Source of the DNA: Magallana gigas
Lineage: Eukaryota
Length of the DNA: 64,000 bases
Reading direction: 5' to 3'
Assembly: GCF_963853765.1 (NCBI RefSeq)
Contig: NC_088854.1
Span: 13,144,001-13,208,000, forward strand
Below, piece by piece: positions 58,788 through 64,000 of this stretch. Both the position numbers and the translations under genes were made by a program. Below the pieces are notes generated by a model. The model ran no database searches. It saw only the letters and a list, made by a program, of their open reading frames with translations, and was not told where the DNA came from. Within the stretch, counting starts at the first letter, position 1; each line of letters begins with the position of its first letter.

Positions 58788-61700
58788 TACAAAAAACAAA
58801 GTGTGAATTAAACACGAATTCAACCAGTTTGTAGTTTTTTCCCACTGATCAAAATATGTTAAATTGACATCTTTTATTTTATTTCGCCGATTTGTAATCT
58901 TAGACTGATGTAAATTTGGGATTTCGCCTAATCCCTCCCATTTTGAAAACGAGTTGACCAACGGGTTTAAACCTAAGAAAAGTTCCGGCGTCTTATCGCA
59001 TTGTTGAGAAATAAATTTACGATATATGACTTCAGTTTTTACTTACAGTGGGCGGTACTTCTGCCTAAGGTGATTTCCCATTTCTGTGTCAAAAACGTAG
59101 CATTCATTTTCGAAAGAATTTTACCATTTTTTTGCCCAAAAAATCGGAAAAAAGAAAATTGTTTGTATTTATGGAGAAACAGAAAAATCTAACCTTTATC
59201 AACCAATAAAGTTTTAAGGAGAATCCTTTGAACAAGAATACCTTTATTGGGCAAATTAAAGATGATTGGATTTAAATTTTTTGATGTAGCGTGTGTTGTT
59301 CAGGTAATAAGCGTCTGATTTAATGGTTGTGCAATAGTTCCGTATTTCGGCGGGTGGCTTTGATGGAACCGTTTACCAGTAAGTATACAATGGGTGAAGA
59401 TAAAAACTTATCGCACTTATTATTCTTGTTCACCGTAAGAGCGGAATGTCAATCAAAAAGTTAATCCATCATAGCGCGCATTTCAATTTATCGGATTAAG
59501 CATAAACAGACATTGATAACTTGGTGTAAGATAGATGTTTAATAAATAAACAAACAATAATTTCGTGGATAAGGGCTCGCCCTGTGGAAAAATGCAAAAA
59601 TGTCCTCGCTTTGCAAGGTTTCACTTTCTGACATCGAATCTTCAAATGTTGAGACTTTCAAGAGTGATCTACAATGAATTATACTATTTGACGTCAGTAA
59701 GGCATAATTATTTCATATGCGTTCAAAATATGACGTATCTTTTCGCCAGTTTCTGTGCGTTTTCCATCAAAAATATTTGCTGAGTTGTCGCGCAAAGTAG
59801 CAAATGATGCCACCTAGTTATTCGTAGTTTACCCTGAGGTTTTCTTTAACGCGATTAAGCTTTTTAGAACACGGTGGTTGGCAAATTTATTTGTAAAAAT
59901 AAATCTGGGTGGATTTCATAAAGAGATAACCAACGCACATCGGATGTGTTCTAAAACCCTCTCATAAACTACTTTTTCATTGAAACTGTCACACAAAACT
60001 CAACGACTTTCTGATTATCAACCAGGGGAGAGTTATTATCCTTAATATGAAAGAATTTAGGTCAGTTAATATTGAAATATTGTAAGTGACACACTAAAGA
60101 AGAACTACTCATACGAACCATCAGGCCCTGATGCTGTTTGACTGCAAAATTCATGTAATCCTGAACTCAATTATAATGATATTATAACAAACTGAGGATT
60201 TATTTGGATTTTAAGGTATTTACGTTTTGGCTCAGATTTAATGGAATCAGCGAACAATGACCCCCTCCCCGCAGATGAAAGATTCACAAAAAAAAAATGC
60301 TGATACCATAAAACTACGTAAATACTTCACTGTATGAAGTTTATGTTTATTCAAGGATTATATAACAGATAATTATATCGGTATGAATAAAACAATATGT
60401 TCGACTCTGATTTTTTCCACAAAATTATGGCAACTTAAATTTTGTGTGGATTAATCAATATGTAGATGACCAATAGAGGTAACTGAAAATATGTAAGCAG
60501 AATCTCTTGCAAATGAAATTACATATGTCTCAAGATATTTTTATCTCCATATTTAACAGTCAATATTTCAGTAGATAATATAAGACTGTCGCAGAGAAAG
60601 AAAAAGGTATAAAGATTAATATTTTGAATCAATCTATTTGATACTGGTTTTTATTTTATAAATATAAAATGTGTTTAAAGCACCCAAAAGCCAACAAAAC
60701 TGATTTCTTGTAACAATGCTTGAAAAACTGTATATCTGTGAATAATGTGAATAGATAGACCGCAATAAGTCCACGCATACACTCAACAAAGACCCTTTCC
60801 TGTTAATGTACAGTGTATTTCTCCAGGTACATGACAAATTTGATGCAGAAATATCTAGACACATTTCATTAAATTGTTATTAAATAACCTTCAAATCAAA
60901 GCGGGGTTTTTTGTTTTGTTTTTTGTTTTTTTTGTTTGGTTTTTTTTTTTTTGGCTAAATTTATTCCTGGTTTTTTTTTATCATTATTATTAAAAATGTA
61001 TTCTTAAAGAAAACCATTGTACAAAACCTCCTGAAGTTGGACATTTAAGAAAAATTCTGAAACAAGGTTAAGAATAACCCGGAAACCTTTTTTTAGAGAT
61101 GTAATGACGGTGTTCCCTTAGATATTAATAAAGACATATTTTTATTTATTCAAATGAGAGGAAGTGGCCCTCCATTCACTCACCCTCCCCCTAAATCCGT
61201 TAGTGGCCTATTTGTTTTTATTTTGGCGTTACGTTATGTTGGCGATACCGATATTTTGCCATAGGTGAAATTGGCTATATGTTGTTGAAAAGTCAGCACA
61301 TTATTTAAATTATTACTAGATAATATCTCGCGCAAGCGTGGGAATTTAACACTTAATTTATTTATTTTTTATTTCAAACCAGTGAGATGGTAATTAATGT
61401 GTTGCACCTCTAAATTTTGTTTTTATGGTCAAATTGTATTATAATATTTATTCATGTTCCAAACATATACTAGTATAAGATTTTTAGATGAAAGACTTAT
61501 GCAATGGGGCCTCATTCCACTTCCCCGTTTCATGTATGTATACATTAATAAATTATTTAAATCAATGCATAACTTATTCTTATTGACGCAGGACTATTAC
61601 AAAATAAGGTTTACTAACAATCTAAATCTGTCGTGGTGTAAAAATGTATAAATTTTAAAAAAAACCCTAGTGTATGCATATTTATTTCCACATTTTAAAC

Positions 61701-64000
61701 ATTTATTCACTTTTTGTATTAACCAAAGATGTCCGATCCAAATTGTCTACCCGCGATACATGATAAACTCATCCTATACGTCAACCTGCGTTCTTGGTTA
61801 CTCCGTTCTGAAAAGTTCTATTCCAGTCTCTCACCAGAGGTCACGCTTCGCTAGCGTTCTGTACATGAAAACTAAAATCGCGCACTCAAGAATTGAAAAG
61901 AAATGACTTCTTTTGATTAGGCCTATTCAACGTTTGTCAAATATTAACGTCTATGTTCACAATAAGTAAGTACCCAGTAATTATATTCACTCTTTACGTA
62001 ACCATTCAATTGCAAGCATATATTTTGATGCGAACTCCCAGTAACGTGGATCCACCAAAGCGTGTCCTCTACCTTACTCTCATTTTTGCTATTTCGGGCT
62101 AGTTTATCGAAAAAGAAAGTATGTTTTTGTTTAATTTCACACTTATTCCTTATCAAATATAATTCAATTAAAGTTTACGGACACCGTCTTATGTCGATAC
62201 ATCAAATGTATAAGCAATTGCACTGGTAAAGGCATTTCGTAGTTTATTGCCAAAAAGTCTTCATCTATAAGTAAAGATTAGACTTGAGATATGTTTGGTT
62301 AAAATATTATATTATCAACACAGGTGCCTGACGTTAAAAATATATCTTTTTAATGATAAAATTATACTATGTACTGTAATAATAACAGTTAGTAGTACAT
62401 AAGAAAAAATTTTAACATCAAGCGCATGTAATTTTCAACATATTTTTGATATCCATTTAATTTAATTCGGGGTTTGTAGATATAAAAGAGAATTTTATAA
62501 AAAGACTAAATGTTCAAAAGGTTTGACGTCATTTTTCAGAAAAGTGCGCATGAACGTAGGTATACGTAAATTATTTCTGACACCAAAATTAAAAAGCAAT
62601 GAAATTCGCCGACAGAGCCGAGAAATGCACACATCATTGCGGTAACAAAGTGTAAGAAAGGACTGTCAACTTAAGTCTGTATTAGCTATCCCTGCAGAGC
62701 AAGAAATCCCATAATCCACGAGTAAACTTCCGGTTCGCCAAGACCTCATAGTTGCTTTATGGAATGGTTGGCCTTCTTGCTACTTCTTTATGTCTCAAAG
62801 TTAGATTAGCTTATTTGATTTCCTTTTAAATATTTGGACGTCCAAAAAGTCACGTATAAGTGTTATAATAAGTTTATACAGTCTAAGAATATTTATTGCG
62901 TAATGGTCATAACTCTATTTCATTTCCTTAAGATCTGCATTCCTTTCGAATCGTCAAAGACGGGGATATTGAGGAATTTTCGATAGGGGGAACAAGGTGC
63001 GCTCCTAGATTTTCTGATCAATAAGTATGTCATAAGAAACAGTGAATGAGCGACGAAATATGAATATTCTGTATGCGTTACTCAATGTAGTAATTCTGAT
63101 GACGTAGGCTCACTCCTTGACAGATTTTCTTCCAAAATCCCCAAATCACATTTATTGGCTTTGCTTAAGACAAAGTTCTTCTGTACTTATATATCATAAG
63201 TGCATTTCAGTTTTTGAATTAAAAGTTCCGGGTATCTAAAAAGTTCTTTTTTTTTAAAATTAAAAGCAAGTTAAATGAATCGACATAACGTTACGTGTAA
63301 AAACAATCAAATGTAAATGTAATATATAAGATAAATTATATATAATAAATTAAATTCTTCATTCGTTTTTATTTTATATATTATATTAATTTATCAAATA
63401 TAATTTGTGATTTTTATCTTCCAATGTTTTTCTTCTTTCCAAACTCAAATATTTATATTTCCAGGTTTTCATACATGTATTTTTTCTCCAGAAATCATTG
63501 TTAATTTTGCAATTGCATACATTTTAAAAAACATATTTTTTTTTAATACGTTAAGTTATAATAAGTTATAAGTTGTGTCTCTTGCAATTGCATCTGTAAT
63601 TTAAAAAAAAAGATGGGAAGAAGAGGATATGAAGAAGGCAAGATGATGATGACAACGATGGTGATATACCAGTAGTTAGAGGACAGTTGATTATTTAGAG
63701 AGGTCATAGACGAAGGTTAAAAACCAACAGATGACTCGCACAAAAAGACATTCAAAATATTCTCTGTCGTGACTATGACAACACAACAAATATTTATGGT
63801 AGGAAAACTACAGAATCATACCCGACTGACTAAGACCACTGAGTGCTCATTTGAATGATTCAAATTCTGATAAAACATTTACATTTTCATTAAAAATATC
63901 AGGTTTACAGTAAATGAGTGCTAAATGTATTTTTTTCTCTCTTTTCATATTCAGAAGCATTAATACAGCAACAATCTTATTCACCTCCCACTTAAATTAA

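Noticed and set aside
5681-58961. N-terminal extensions of the ORF-track calls at 5710, 22616, 31815 and 58961
   Set aside because: These begin at non-ATG codons; the downstream ATGs give proper signal peptides.
54420-62532. TGACGTCA CRE sites (about 54421, 59689, 62524)
   Set aside because: Isolated 8-mers, mostly in repeat-like DNA, with no supporting context.

Overview
AT-rich eukaryotic genomic DNA, most likely from a bivalve (oyster-like, judged from recalled Helentron/HINE- and MITE-type repeat ends; this is inference). All supported genes are on the minus strand. They are (i) a protocadherin with 7 cadherin repeats encoded in one large exon (5680-2987/2957) and (ii) a tandem cluster of five intronless type-I membrane receptor genes (here LIG1-LIG5; ATG at 22532, 31776, 47203, 51025 and 58787). 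Each has signal peptide, LRRNT, 7-8 LRRs, LRRCT, an atypical Ig domain, a Thr/Pro mucin stalk, a TM helix and a short tail. LIG1-4 are recent paralogs whose sequence blocks pair up in all three possible ways (a mosaic), and whose stalks and tails differ by repeat expansion and frameshift. LIG3 is split inside its signal-peptide codons by a 7,425-bp non-autonomous Foldback/Mutator-like element (39733-47157, exact 9-bp TSD caataagta). Its ~2-kb terminal inverted repeats are arrays of an 86-bp palindrome-containing unit, and it carries a nested Helentron-like element with a 177-bp satellite. The spacers contain a doubly truncated L1/Tx1-type LINE with a 14-bp TSD, several MITEs and microsatellites. 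No CRISPR, rRNA or intact tRNA gene is supported.
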